A DNA stretch of 64,000 bases, taken from IMG/VR virus record IMGVR_UViG_3300027708_000013. One strand, 5' to 3'. This stretch comes from a virus (Duplodnaviria; Caudoviricetes). Position numbers and translations under genes: made by a program. Position 1 is the first letter of the stretch, and every line of letters starts with the position of its first letter. This document shows positions 1 to 9,735 of the stretch, one piece after another. Under the pieces are notes generated by a model. The model saw only the letters and a program-made list of their open reading frames with translations, had not been told where the DNA came from and searched no databases.

Positions 1-675
1 GGCGTAGCACTCAATTGTTTGGCAAATAGACGTTTAGGAGATTATTTTGATAACATTTGGATTATGCCTTGTCCTGGTGATGCTGGTAGCAGCCTGGGTG
101 CGGCTGCTTTACGATTTGGGAAAAGACTACACTGGCGTGATGCTTACTTGGGCAGTGATATTCCTGGTGCTTATCCCGTTGATGCCGTTGTTGATCATTT
201 ATACAACAACAGCATCGTTGGTGTGGCTAGTGGTCGAGCGGAATTCGGGCCCAGGGCACTAGGCAATAGAAGTTTGTTGGCAGACCCAAGAGGGCATAAT
301 GTAAAGGATCGAGTAAATGAAATCAAACGAAGACAGCAATTTAGACCGTTCGCTCCAGCAATTTTGGAGGAACATGTACATGATTATTTTGATATCCCCC
401 GTGGCTGGAGTGACAGTAGGTATATGCAAATTGTCGGTGGTTGCCGGCATCCTGACTTATATCCTGCTGTTGTTCACGTTGACGGCACTAGCCGTATACA
501 GACTGTGCCCCGAGATGGATCGGGAATAAGACAGGTATTGGAAGCATGGCATCAACGCACTGGCTGTCCCATGTTGTTAAACACCAGTTTAAACATACGT
601 GGCGAACCCATGGTAAACAATAGAGCAGATGCAGATCGATTTGAACGATTATATAACATAAAGGTATGTTCGTGA
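1..675 (+). CDS. Carbamoyltransferase (NodU/CmcH family), C-terminal part, 5'-truncated
   Basis: Frame is open from base 1 (GVALNC). Motifs GDAGSSLGAA, GRAEFGPRALGNRSLLADP, FRPFAP, HVDGTSRIQTV and LNTSLN are present. Confidence 0.93.
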   Translation, partial: GVALNCLANRRLGDYFDNIWIMPCPGDAGSSLGAAALRFGKRLHWRDAYLGSDIPGAYPVDAVVDHLYNNSIVGVASGRAEFGPRALGNRSLLADPRGHNVKDRVNEIKRRQQFRPFAPAILEEHVHDYFDIPRGWSDSRYMQIVGGCRHPDLYPAVVHVDGTSRIQTVPRDGSGIRQVLEAWHQRTGCPMLLNTSLNIRGEPMVNNRADADRFERLYNIKVCS

Positions 676-1358
676 AAATTTTTACAGGAGCCAGCTGGTC
701 CATTGGTGAGTTTGGTGAACATAATCGGCTGGTTGGGCCCAGTATAACTCAGTACGTTGCATTGCATGATTGTGTTGTAAATTTGTGCAAGGGAGCCTTG
801 TCAAATTTTGATCAAATACATCGATTGGATAATTTTTTAACTAGGTATAAAATACAAAACAACAGTGATGCTGTTTATTGGTTAGTACATAATCCTTTAG
901 CCTGTATGCCGATAGAACAAATATACCAAGGGCAAGCAAGTCTCGTTGCTTCCGTTGAAAAAATAGTAATCGATCAGTTATCGTATGCAAATACCGTGGC
1001 TGGAAAATATAACATTGTTATAAATTTAATTGGAGCGTCGTGTGACTTGGATTCAGTTGATATCGGGCACTTTAAAAATTTAAACATGTTGGTTCCCAGT
1101 TGGGGGAAATTAATAGACGAATCATATCCTGCATCTATATTTGCACATCAAGCCGACGAGTTTACGCGATTAAAAAAAGAATTAGAAATACACAGATCAG
1201 ATTTAATAACCGAATACGAACGTATTTCGGGGATGGCATTTAGGAAAAGAAAATTTATGTTGACTCAGCCGGATAAATTTGCAAGTTTTCATCCCACTAG
1301 CCAATCACATAGACTGCTGAGAGATCATCTATTCCCCGAATACAGTCATTTACTTTAA
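666..1358 (+). CDS. Hypothetical protein, possibly SGNH/GDSL-like
   Basis: 230 aa ORF overlapping the upstream stop. N-terminal TGASWS and late HP motif resemble the 23491/24191/26761 paralogues. Confidence 0.6.
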   Translation: MFVKIFTGASWSIGEFGEHNRLVGPSITQYVALHDCVVNLCKGALSNFDQIHRLDNFLTRYKIQNNSDAVYWLVHNPLACMPIEQIYQGQASLVASVEKIVIDQLSYANTVAGKYNIVINLIGASCDLDSVDIGHFKNLNMLVPSWGKLIDESYPASIFAHQADEFTRLKKELEIHRSDLITEYERISGMAFRKRKFMLTQPDKFASFHPTSQSHRLLRDHLFPEYSHLL

Positions 1359-1367
1359 AGGAAACAC

Positions 1368-2159
1368 ATGACACAAAGAATATTAATAATGGGCCTTCCG
1401 GGCTCAGGAAAAACTACACTGGCAGAAACACTGAGAGAACAATTATGGCAAGCCGGGCGTACAGTGGCATGGTTCAATGCCGACGATGTGCGACGTGACA
1501 CAAATGACTGGGACTTTAGTGAAGCCGGTAGAATTAGACAAAGTATTCGCATGAGAGAACGTGCCGATGCCGCCGCCACTGACTATGTCATCTGCGACTT
1601 TGTTGCTCCATTGGTAGAACAACGCAACAACTACAAAGCCGATTGGATCATATGGATGGACACTATCAGTGCGGGACGTTACGCCGACACCAATGCTGCT
1701 TTTATTGAGCCCGAAGTATACGATTTCCGCATTACAGAACAAGCGGCAGAGAAATGGGCAGACTTTGTTGCTGACCATATCCTAGACAATCGTCGTCGCC
1801 CACAGTGGGATTCTAAAAAAGAAACTGTACAGATGATGGGCAGATGGCAACCTTGGCATGCGGGACACAGAGCATTGTTTGAAAGATTACTGGCACGCAC
1901 AGGGCAAGTTGATATTCAAGTGCGTGATGTACAAGGATGGCAAGACAGCAATCCGTTCGGTTTCTTTGATGTTGTGCGTTTCATTCGACGAGATCTAGAG
2001 CCCGTGTATCAAGGACAGTTTAACATTAGACTGGTACCTAACATTGTACACATTGGCTGGGGTCGTGGCGTAGGTTATACAGCAGGCGAAGAAACATTTG
2101 ATGCTAGTATTACAGATATCAGTGCTACCAAAATAAGAAAAGAGTTGGGATTGAAATGA
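1368..2159 (+). CDS. cysC: Adenylyl-sulfate (APS) kinase-like domain fused to a HIGH-type nucleotidyltransferase domain
   Basis: P-loop GLPGSGKTT, then NADDVR and VICDFVAP. C-terminal GRWQPWHAGH and ISATKIR. SD AAGGA upstream. Confidence 0.8.
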   Translation: MTQRILIMGLPGSGKTTLAETLREQLWQAGRTVAWFNADDVRRDTNDWDFSEAGRIRQSIRMRERADAAATDYVICDFVAPLVEQRNNYKADWIIWMDTISAGRYADTNAAFIEPEVYDFRITEQAAEKWADFVADHILDNRRRPQWDSKKETVQMMGRWQPWHAGHRALFERLLARTGQVDIQVRDVQGWQDSNPFGFFDVVRFIRRDLEPVYQGQFNIRLVPNIVHIGWGRGVGYTAGEETFDASITDISATKIRKELGLK

Positions 2160-2368
2160 ATGACACCGCTGTTAGAAGTCTAGCCAAAGCTGTCAGTTGG
2201 CGAGTGACTGGAACTGTAGATACATTCCTAATAAGTTGGCTGATCACCGGTGAAGTGCTGTTGGCATCAGGTATAGCACTCACTGAAATAATCACTAAGA
2301 TATTTTTATTTTGGATGCACGAGCGAGTGTGGAACAGGATCTCTTGGGGACAGCAACGGCAAGATTAG
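2156..2368 (+). CDS. Small membrane protein, DUF2061-like
   Basis: RSLAKAVSWRVTGT...HERVWNRI pattern; ATGA overlap with the upstream gene. Confidence 0.75.
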   Translation: MNDTAVRSLAKAVSWRVTGTVDTFLISWLITGEVLLASGIALTEIITKIFLFWMHERVWNRISWGQQRQD

Positions 2369-3455
2369 TTTGCAACTCCTGCCAGCAATGATCTAAAAAA
2401 TCATTACTGTAAAACAGATTGTAGTTGTGATTTAATATGGGTGTCATTTCTCTCAACATGAATTCAAGATCCTGCATACCGTAACTGCAAATTTCCTCAA
2501 TCACCTCTGCCACAGCAGTCATGCGTAAGATGGGATCTTCTATGGCATCGTAACTTTCGTTGAACCAACGTCCGAATGTTCTAAAGCCATAACTGCGTAG
2601 GTATTCCAAGTTGTGTGCTGGTCCCACTAATACAAATGGCATACGACTCACAATGGGTTTGAATATTTTTTCAGTTAAATGACATTTGTGTTCCCAGTAA
2701 CAAGTTTCTGTAACCACGTAAACAAAACTTTCCTGTGTCTGTTCTACAGCACTCAGCACAAAACTATGATTGGGAATCGATTCATGGTCCTGATAATCTA
2801 TGCGTAACGGTAGTTGAATTTGGTTGATACTAGCAACAGCTTGCTCAGCAACAACTCTTGGCACCAAAGCCGAGGATAATAAATTTTCTTGATAAGTACC
2901 ACCTTCAGGACAGACATCATTGTAACTAACGTATCCATCATCGAGTATGTCACGTTGAAGCAATTCACTGATTAAGAGACTACGGTAAACTCGTGGTCCA
3001 CTGGTTAGTCGATTAAAGGTGATATATTTTTTAGTTAGTTGCCTTTCACCTGGTGCAATTAATAAAGGATTGTAACGGTATCCGCGAAACCAATCGTTTG
3101 CAGAAAAAGCGTGATGGAAATAATAAACAACCGGGCAACTGTATCGTTCTTGTATTAGATCTACCGAGTTGGAATTTTTTTCGGTTGTAACTAATATAAA
3201 CTGATCACCATCTAAGAAGTTTTTGCACACTTGATCAAATACGGGATAATTAAATTCTCCCAGTACGGGCTCTTGATCATAAAATACAAATAGAGGTCCG
3301 CGTTTTCCTGGCCAATGGCCCATATCAGTCATTAAGAATTCAAAATTTTCTGGTTGAGTTGAACCGTAGGGCATTAGGTAAATGAGCCTGGGATCTGTTA
3401 CAATAGTGTTTAAATACGAAAAGATATTTTCGTAATGACTGTGGATATTATACAT
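2295..3455 (-). CDS. Glycosyltransferase-like protein (VTET...TEK..KP family)
   Basis: FITFNRL, VVTETCYWEHKCHLTEKIFKPI and LRSYGFRTF; paralogous to 27485 and 34975. Confidence 0.6.
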   Translation of the reverse strand: MYNIHSHYENIFSYLNTIVTDPRLIYLMPYGSTQPENFEFLMTDMGHWPGKRGPLFVFYDQEPVLGEFNYPVFDQVCKNFLDGDQFILVTTEKNSNSVDLIQERYSCPVVYYFHHAFSANDWFRGYRYNPLLIAPGERQLTKKYITFNRLTSGPRVYRSLLISELLQRDILDDGYVSYNDVCPEGGTYQENLLSSALVPRVVAEQAVASINQIQLPLRIDYQDHESIPNHSFVLSAVEQTQESFVYVVTETCYWEHKCHLTEKIFKPIVSRMPFVLVGPAHNLEYLRSYGFRTFGRWFNESYDAIEDPILRMTAVAEVIEEICSYGMQDLEFMLREMTPILNHNYNLFYSNDFLDHCWQELQTNLAVAVPKRSCSTLARASKIKIS

Positions 3456-5487
3456 GTTTGATGTTTTTTATTGGGGACCTAAACCCAATTTATTTGCTTT
3501 TGAACGGCCCGCTGACAATTTGGATCATGCGGCCGCTTTGTCACGAACAGGCCGCTACTGGTATATTTATGGTGGCAATGACTACACAGGATTTGATTTT
3601 GATTATCAACCAGTTCCTTGGGAAAGTCAGCACGTACATGTTTGGCCCAGTCAATGGCAAAGAAACGGTGGCGTGTATCTGGCCGATCGAAATACTGTAC
3701 ACAACAGAGAGTGGCATTTTAGAACTGAACAACAGGTTGTTAGACAGCCCGACCGGGATCAATGGAAGATACCCAACAATATAGACACCGCAGAGTTTGA
3801 TTTCTCCTGGCATCCTGATCCACTGGAACCGGATTACAGTTACTATTTTCCCACACAACACCAATCAGCCGGCGGCCCTGTATACCCGGGCACTGCTGGG
3901 ATAAAATTAGTTGCAGATCAAACTGCTCGAGCAGTGCCTGTGCAGGAATCGTGGAGCATACCTCCAGGAATTGATACCGCAGAGTTTGATTTCTCGTGGC
4001 ATCCAGACCCTAGAGAACCCAACTACAGTTACCAATTTCCTACCCAGCATCAGCGAGATGGCGGTCCTGTGTATCGAGGATCGGCCGGAATAAAATATGT
4101 CACTGATCAACGTATTCGCGCCAATGCTGTACAGATATTTTACATGGATTTTTTAAATGGAACTATGGCACAGCATCAATTTGAATACCTACGCACCAAA
4201 CATCCTGACATTAAACGAACAAGATACGTAGACAATCATCTCACAGTGTTCCGTAGAATCATGTTCATGGCCACTACAGAATTTGTTTGGATCATCAGCA
4301 GTGTTTGTGATTACACTGATTTTGATTTCACATGGCACCCTCCGGAAGAACAAAGAGAAATGATTCATTGTTTCCCCACAGGTGTTCAGAAACGTGGTGA
4401 TACATTTCGCATACATGTAGAATCATTTAAACGACAAATGATTGAACTAGAACTGTTGGATTGGTTCAACGTAATTAACTATGTTGAAGATCACCCAGTG
4501 AATCGTTTTTCGATTCCTGTTCATTATTATGAATCAGACGATTTAGTTACAGAAATAAAGAAATACCAGTTCGAAACACCGTATGTGTTATTTACAAATC
4601 GAAGAGATGTGCGATATTTACAAACTCAAATTGAAAGTACTGAGTGCTTGTGGAGTCCTAAAGACCGTGTGGTTTCGCGGTGTAGCGAAGCCGGTAGTAC
4701 TGTGTTCGTACCCCGCGACGTCAAGGTGGATTTGAAGTCGCAAATCTACGATTATCCCTACATCAAGGACTCGGTTTATAGGTTTTGCGACCCTAGATTA
4801 GATATTGTATACATTAGTAACGGAGAACCCGACGAACAACGCTGGCACGATCATTTGGTAAACGGCACAGGCCAATTGGACAGTTATACATATGAAAATC
4901 GGGTACAATGGGTGCGTGGCGTCAATGGTAGAACAGCCGCTTATCAAGAAGCCGCACGTCGATGTTCGACCCCTTGGTTCTTTGCTGTGTTTGCTAAATT
5001 GGAAGTAGTTGCCGATTTTGATTGGACCTGGATGCCGGACTATTTCCAAGAACCCAAACACTATATCTTCAACAGCCGTAATCCTGTAAATGGCTTGGAG
5101 TATGGTCATATGGGTATAATCGCTTATAACAAGAGATTGGTGCTGGAAAATAACACACCCGGCATTGATTTTACCTTGAGTCAACCTCATGAAAGTGTTC
5201 CTGTACTTTCTGGTGTAGCACACTTCAATCAAGATGCTTGGATGACATGGAGGACTGCATTCCGTGAAGTGGTCAAACTCAAACACTTCATGGCAGTAGA
5301 ACCCACCGTGGAAACAGAACATAGACTAAATACTTGGCTGACAGTGGCTGAAGGCAATTTTGCCGAATACTGTTTGGCCGGTGCCCGGGACGCTGTAGAG
5401 TACTACGATCAAGTTGCGGGAGATTATGAACTGCTGAAGTTGAGTTTTGATTGGGCCTGGCTGAAACAACGTTTTGACAATAAATAA
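3454..5487 (+). CDS. Glycosyltransferase-like protein with internal 63-aa repeats
   Basis: 677 aa. C-terminal GT-A-like half (DIVYISNGEP, FFAVFAKL, NPVNGLEYGH, WRTAFREVVKL); repeated IDTAEFDFSWHPDP. Confidence 0.65.
   Translation: MFDVFYWGPKPNLFAFERPADNLDHAAALSRTGRYWYIYGGNDYTGFDFDYQPVPWESQHVHVWPSQWQRNGGVYLADRNTVHNREWHFRTEQQVVRQPDRDQWKIPNNIDTAEFDFSWHPDPLEPDYSYYFPTQHQSAGGPVYPGTAGIKLVADQTARAVPVQESWSIPPGIDTAEFDFSWHPDPREPNYSYQFPTQHQRDGGPVYRGSAGIKYVTDQRIRANAVQIFYMDFLNGTMAQHQFEYLRTKHPDIKRTRYVDNHLTVFRRIMFMATTEFVWIISSVCDYTDFDFTWHPPEEQREMIHCFPTGVQKRGDTFRIHVESFKRQMIELELLDWFNVINYVEDHPVNRFSIPVHYYESDDLVTEIKKYQFETPYVLFTNRRDVRYLQTQIESTECLWSPKDRVVSRCSEAGSTVFVPRDVKVDLKSQIYDYPYIKDSVYRFCDPRLDIVYISNGEPDEQRWHDHLVNGTGQLDSYTYENRVQWVRGVNGRTAAYQEAARRCSTPWFFAVFAKLEVVADFDWTWMPDYFQEPKHYIFNSRNPVNGLEYGHMGIIAYNKRLVLENNTPGIDFTLSQPHESVPVLSGVAHFNQDAWMTWRTAFREVVKLKHFMAVEPTVETEHRLNTWLTVAEGNFAEYCLAGARDAVEYYDQVAGDYELLKLSFDWAWLKQRFDNK
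3766..4110 (+). repeat. Intragenic tandem duplication, period 189 nt (63 aa)
   Basis: ga(c/t)accgcagagtttgatttctc(c/g)tggcatcc occurs at 3784 and 3973. Confidence 0.9.
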
Positions 5488-5491
5488 TAAT

Positions 5492-6190
5492 ATGAGATCC
5501 AGTGAATTTATAACATCTAACAGAGTAGCAGATTTAACTCCCGCTCAAATTGGGCGTATTTTTGAAAATATACTCAACCCTAACGTATTGTTAGAAGGCA
5601 TTAATCCGCAAGCTGCCGCAGAGGTTAAGCAAGCTACCAATTCCACTATACAAAAAATACTCGCTGTTCCAGCCGGTGCTGTACAAACATTTGATCAAGA
5701 TGTCGCACAACTAGAACAAAAAATAATGGGATCAATCAAAGATCCTGAAGAGAAAAAAACTGTTTTACATTATCTAGGAAGGTATCAATTGTGGGCAAAA
5801 AAGCATCCTGTGACACAGGCCGCAATTTTAGCTACTCTGGCGGTGCTTGCAGGTGCAGCCGTAGGAACACTCACTGGTGCTATTGTAATCGGTCTTCTTA
5901 AAACAGTAGATGAATTGGTATTGGGTAAAAAAGCACATGAAGCTGTTGGTGCAGGTGTTGTAGCTGGTGGATTAGCCTGGGGTATAGGCAAGGCACTGGA
6001 ATTTGCCGCTGGTACTGAACTAGTTAAAAGTGCTGCTCACTGGGCCGCGGATACGGTGGGCGATATTGGCAAGGCTGGTGCCCGCGGAATAGCGGCTGGT
6101 GCTCGCAGTGTGGCTGGTGTAGCATCCGGTGTATATGGAGATACTGTAAAAGGATTAAAAAATATAGCCGGTGGTGGCGGCTATTATTAA
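5492..6190 (+). CDS. Hypothetical protein, Ala/Gly-rich hydrophobic C-half, likely virion-associated
   Basis: ATG 5492 follows TAAATA (5481). N-terminus MRSSEFITS resembles a capsid-targeting sequence. Confidence 0.65.
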   Translation: MRSSEFITSNRVADLTPAQIGRIFENILNPNVLLEGINPQAAAEVKQATNSTIQKILAVPAGAVQTFDQDVAQLEQKIMGSIKDPEEKKTVLHYLGRYQLWAKKHPVTQAAILATLAVLAGAAVGTLTGAIVIGLLKTVDELVLGKKAHEAVGAGVVAGGLAWGIGKALEFAAGTELVKSAAHWAADTVGDIGKAGARGIAAGARSVAGVASGVYGDTVKGLKNIAGGGGYY

Positions 6191-6202
6191 CGCAAATACC
6201 AG

Positions 6203-6547
6203 ATGCGTATACACGAAATCTCCGTACCTCAATATAAAGAAATAGAATTTGTCTGTGCCAATGCAGAGCATCCTGACGCTACAGATCCCGCTGTGCAACG
6301 AAAACTGTATAGAGAATTACAAAAAATCCCCGGAGTAATACCTTTATATCAAGACTGGACCGATTACAGTGAAGGTCAATATAGTTTAAGTGCTATATAT
6401 AAAGACCGTGCTGTTCGTGGTAAAATTTTATCACTGGCTCGGCAGTTGGGTGTGGAGGTTGATGTGGAACAAACAGTGGATGGGGACTATGTTGATCGTG
6501 CCTTAACAGGTAGTCACGAAGGACAAATTAACGCAGATAATTCTTAA
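6203..6547 (+). CDS. Hypothetical protein
   Basis: 114 aa ORF; MRIHEI N-terminus like the 47-61 kb proteins. Confidence 0.7.
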   Translation: MRIHEISVPQYKEIEFVCANAEHPDATDPAVQRKLYRELQKIPGVIPLYQDWTDYSEGQYSLSAIYKDRAVRGKILSLARQLGVEVDVEQTVDGDYVDRALTGSHEGQINADNS

Positions 6548-7634
6548 CCGCATTGACCACACTTTCAACTTCCGTGTCACGCAGTTCAGGATAAATCGGT
6601 AAGCTGATTGCTTCTCTCGAAAACGCTGTAGATTCTCTAAACAATTCTCTAGCATAGTCAATATAGTTGTAACCCACAGGCAATTCAAACAAGGGTGTGT
6701 CATAGTGGAAACGTGAGTCGATTCCACAACTCTGTAAGTAATCACGCAGGCCATGACGTTCGCTCAAGCGTATTACAAATTTACTCCAGGCCGAAGTTAC
6801 GTGTTCACCGGGTAATACCACATCCACCCATTCCGCAAGTTCTTGTGTATAGTATTCGGCGATAGCCTGTCTACGTGTTTGCCAAGCATCAAAGTATTTG
6901 AGTTTGACCAACATTTGAGCTGAATCGCTTTCGCTCATTTTGCTGTTGGTGCCAATGAAGCAATGATCCAGGTATTTGCCATTGTCACGTAAATTTAGTA
7001 ACTGATGATAAACATCAACATCGTCCGTGAGCACCATGCCACCTGAACCATAGTTATTTAGATTCTTGGTAGGGTCAAAACTCAACACACCGATGTCACC
7101 AAGACTGCCCGAGGGTTGGTCCTTGTATCTAGCACCAAAACTCTGTGCAGCATCTTCTATCACACGTATGTTGCTGTTGAAAAACTCTGTTTGCAGTCTA
7201 AATCTATCATAGTCTACAACATGTCCAAACAGGTTGGCATACATGATACAGTTAACCCCAGCTCCGGTTAGGGCCATGTCCATGCTTTCTAAATCTATCA
7301 GTGCTGCATCATCGGTGTCGCAAAACACCGGAGTATTGCCGGCATACAGTACCGAGTTGATGGTGGCTGCAAAACTCAAGGTGGGAATTAACACACGAGA
7401 TTCCTGTGCCAATATCACTTGTTGTGCAAAAATCAATCCCTGTGTGGCACTGTTCACTGCCACTGCATATTCTCGATCACATCGACGGGCTATGGCTGTT
7501 TCGAACCGTCGAGTCGAGTCACCATCTAACACCTGCCCGGATCTGTACACTTGATCCACAGCATCAAGTATCTCTTCACGCAGAGTCAAGAATTGACGAT
7601 CAACGCCGAAGAAGGGTATCCGTGATCCACTCAT
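6528..7634 (-). CDS. DegT/DnrJ/EryC1/StrS PLP-dependent sugar aminotransferase
   Basis: AVAVNSATQGL, IEDAAQSFGA, SFDPTKNLNNYGSGG. Likely start MSGSRIPFF at 7634. Confidence 0.93.
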   Translation of the reverse strand: MSGSRIPFFGVDRQFLTLREEILDAVDQVYRSGQVLDGDSTRRFETAIARRCDREYAVAVNSATQGLIFAQQVILAQESRVLIPTLSFAATINSVLYAGNTPVFCDTDDAALIDLESMDMALTGAGVNCIMYANLFGHVVDYDRFRLQTEFFNSNIRVIEDAAQSFGARYKDQPSGSLGDIGVLSFDPTKNLNNYGSGGMVLTDDVDVYHQLLNLRDNGKYLDHCFIGTNSKMSESDSAQMLVKLKYFDAWQTRRQAIAEYYTQELAEWVDVVLPGEHVTSAWSKFVIRLSERHGLRDYLQSCGIDSRFHYDTPLFELPVGYNYIDYARELFRESTAFSREAISLPIYPELRDTEVESVVNAVKNYLR

Positions 7635-8556
7635 GATATTTTCTAAATCCTGACTCAATGTCTGTGGTGCCACGATAACCAAAGTCTTCGCCGGCACGTA
7701 TGTTACTTAATGTTCCTCTTGATGGAAATCTAGGATTGGCATCGACAATTTTTATTCTGCCACCACCGGCTATCTTCACTGCCAATTCGGCAGCTTCCAC
7801 CAAACTTCTTGCCTCACCTCGGGTAATATTATATGTTCTACCACTGCTGTTGAAATTGACAGCGGCACGAACAATACCATCCACTACATCATCCACATAG
7901 GTAAAATCCAACAGTTCTCTGGCGCCACACACAGTCAATTCTTCATTGCGTATGGCCGAGAGTAAAAATCTACTCACAACTCTATCAACAACATCATGTG
8001 GGCCATACACAGCACTGGGCCGAACCACAACATGGTCAATGCCGGCTGTTCTACAAAGATCTCTAGTAAGAGTTTCACCAGTGAGTTTTAATATTCCGTA
8101 GATGCCACGTGGCCTGCACTGCATGTCTTCATAGGCCAAGGGAGCAAAGTCACCGTACACCATGCTGCTACTGATGTAAACAAATCTGCGTAACTGTACC
8201 TGCTCGCTGGCACGAAGTAGATTTATCAATCCTTGTGTCAACACTTGACTGCCTTCTGCAGGATTTAAATCCACTGCTTTGGCTCGGGGATATGCTGCAC
8301 AGTGTATAACCACATCCGGACGACATTCTTCAAACGCATTTACGACGTAATTGTAGTTTCTAATGTCTACATTGTGTATGCTCTGTGTTGAGATACGGTC
8401 AAGACGTTGTTGATGTAGGGGAGTTAATTCTGCGTCAGGTATAATACCATAGTTGGTAAAGTTGTCCAGCACACAAACTTCATGACCTTGATGTTCTAAT
8501 AGTCGTACTACGTTGTGTCCAATAAATCCAGCACCGCCGGTTACTAGAAATTTCAT
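7600..8556 (-). CDS. NAD-dependent sugar epimerase/dehydratase (extended SDR)
   Basis: VTGGAGFIG, SSSMVYG, YGILK (YxxxK), RPSAVYGP. Confidence 0.93.
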   Translation of the reverse strand: MKFLVTGGAGFIGHNVVRLLEHQGHEVCVLDNFTNYGIIPDAELTPLHQQRLDRISTQSIHNVDIRNYNYVVNAFEECRPDVVIHCAAYPRAKAVDLNPAEGSQVLTQGLINLLRASEQVQLRRFVYISSSMVYGDFAPLAYEDMQCRPRGIYGILKLTGETLTRDLCRTAGIDHVVVRPSAVYGPHDVVDRVVSRFLLSAIRNEELTVCGARELLDFTYVDDVVDGIVRAAVNFNSSGRTYNITRGEARSLVEAAELAVKIAGGGRIKIVDANPRFPSRGTLSNIRAGEDFGYRGTTDIESGFRKYHEWITDTLLRR

Positions 8557-9230
8557 TGTACAAATTCACCGGCCATGGGAAATATTTCTGCAATCACACC
8601 AGCACAGGTTTGAGCAATCTCTTGATGCTCCAGTTGTGTGCCGTTGGCACTGCGAAGTTCTATGTAGTGTATCCAACTTCTCAGTGTGCCATTCATGTAG
8701 AGTCTGCTCACAGTGTTGCCTTCGGGCAACACAGCACGGGCCTGTTCCTTGGCAATGCCGTTGCGTACAGCCCATGCATAAGTGTCTCGAGCCAGGTCAA
8801 TCACTGCCTGTTGTCGTTCCTGCCAAGTTTCTCGAAGAATTTGATTAGAAACAGTGTCGTCCAACTCAATGCTGTTCTGACGATTTTTAGTATCTTGTAA
8901 ACGTGCTGGTCTTGTAACAAAACTTAAATCCTGTGTGGGATCTGCATAGCGTTGACTGAACTCTTGGAAACTAAAACTTCTGTGACGCAACATCTGCCTA
9001 GCAATGTCTCTGGTTGTGGTAATTTCCAAACAGGCCGACACCATTTCCAACGGGCTCCAGTGTTGATGTTTGACTAAGTATCTAATCAATCGTTCACTGG
9101 TTTCTGTATTGATTTGATTGTTGGGATTACTAACTCTGGCACAGAACGCTACCAGTTCCTGCACGTTGTCCACTTGTGATGCCAGCATGTCTTGACTGGG
9201 TGCGGAATAACTTATTAGTTTAACTTGCAT
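8553..9230 (-). CDS. thyX: Flavin-dependent thymidylate synthase
   Basis: RHRSFSFQEFSQRY signature, HWSPLE, EQARAVLP. Confidence 0.96.
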   Translation of the reverse strand: MQVKLISYSAPSQDMLASQVDNVQELVAFCARVSNPNNQINTETSERLIRYLVKHQHWSPLEMVSACLEITTTRDIARQMLRHRSFSFQEFSQRYADPTQDLSFVTRPARLQDTKNRQNSIELDDTVSNQILRETWQERQQAVIDLARDTYAWAVRNGIAKEQARAVLPEGNTVSRLYMNGTLRSWIHYIELRSANGTQLEHQEIAQTCAGVIAEIFPMAGEFVQ

Positions 9231-9732
9231 GTTTATGTTGTCGTTTAAAAATTGGTGTGTATTTTACCAAGGTTGATCGAAAGTCGGCTGCTACTTCTGC
9301 TTTGACAGGAACAAATCCTGTCAGGAACGTTTTAAGTTCCATCCTAGTATCTATTTTAAACGAACCCTTGACATGTGTCAAGTAAACTGCATCCAGAATG
9401 TTAATGCATGATTCGATTAATCCTGGTCCACCTATGACCCATATTATACGATTGGGGTTTTCCTGTTCCAGTGCAAGTACAGATTCCACAATGTCCCCTG
9501 ACACTGTTCCTGCTGTAGCCACATGACTGTGAGTGGCCACATAGACAATACGTCCCAATAGGGGTTTGGGCATGGCTGGATCATCCCAGGTGCGTCGTCC
9601 CATGACCACTACATGGTTTTGGGTCAGTCGGGCGAACGAGTCAAGATTGTGTGTGGTGCTGGGCCATGGTCTGGTGCCATTGACACCCATACCGCCGTAG
9701 TGGTCCACGGCAAATAGTGCGTTGATAGTCAT
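9220..9732 (-). CDS. folA: Dihydrofolate reductase-like protein, divergent
   Basis: MGVNGTRPW, VVVMGRRTW, KPLLGR, WVIGGPGL, YLTHV. Confidence 0.8.
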   Translation of the reverse strand: MTINALFAVDHYGGMGVNGTRPWPSTTHNLDSFARLTQNHVVVMGRRTWDDPAMPKPLLGRIVYVATHSHVATAGTVSGDIVESVLALEQENPNRIIWVIGGPGLIESCINILDAVYLTHVKGSFKIDTRMELKTFLTGFVPVKAEVAADFRSTLVKYTPIFKRQHKHAS

Positions 9733-9735
9733 TGA

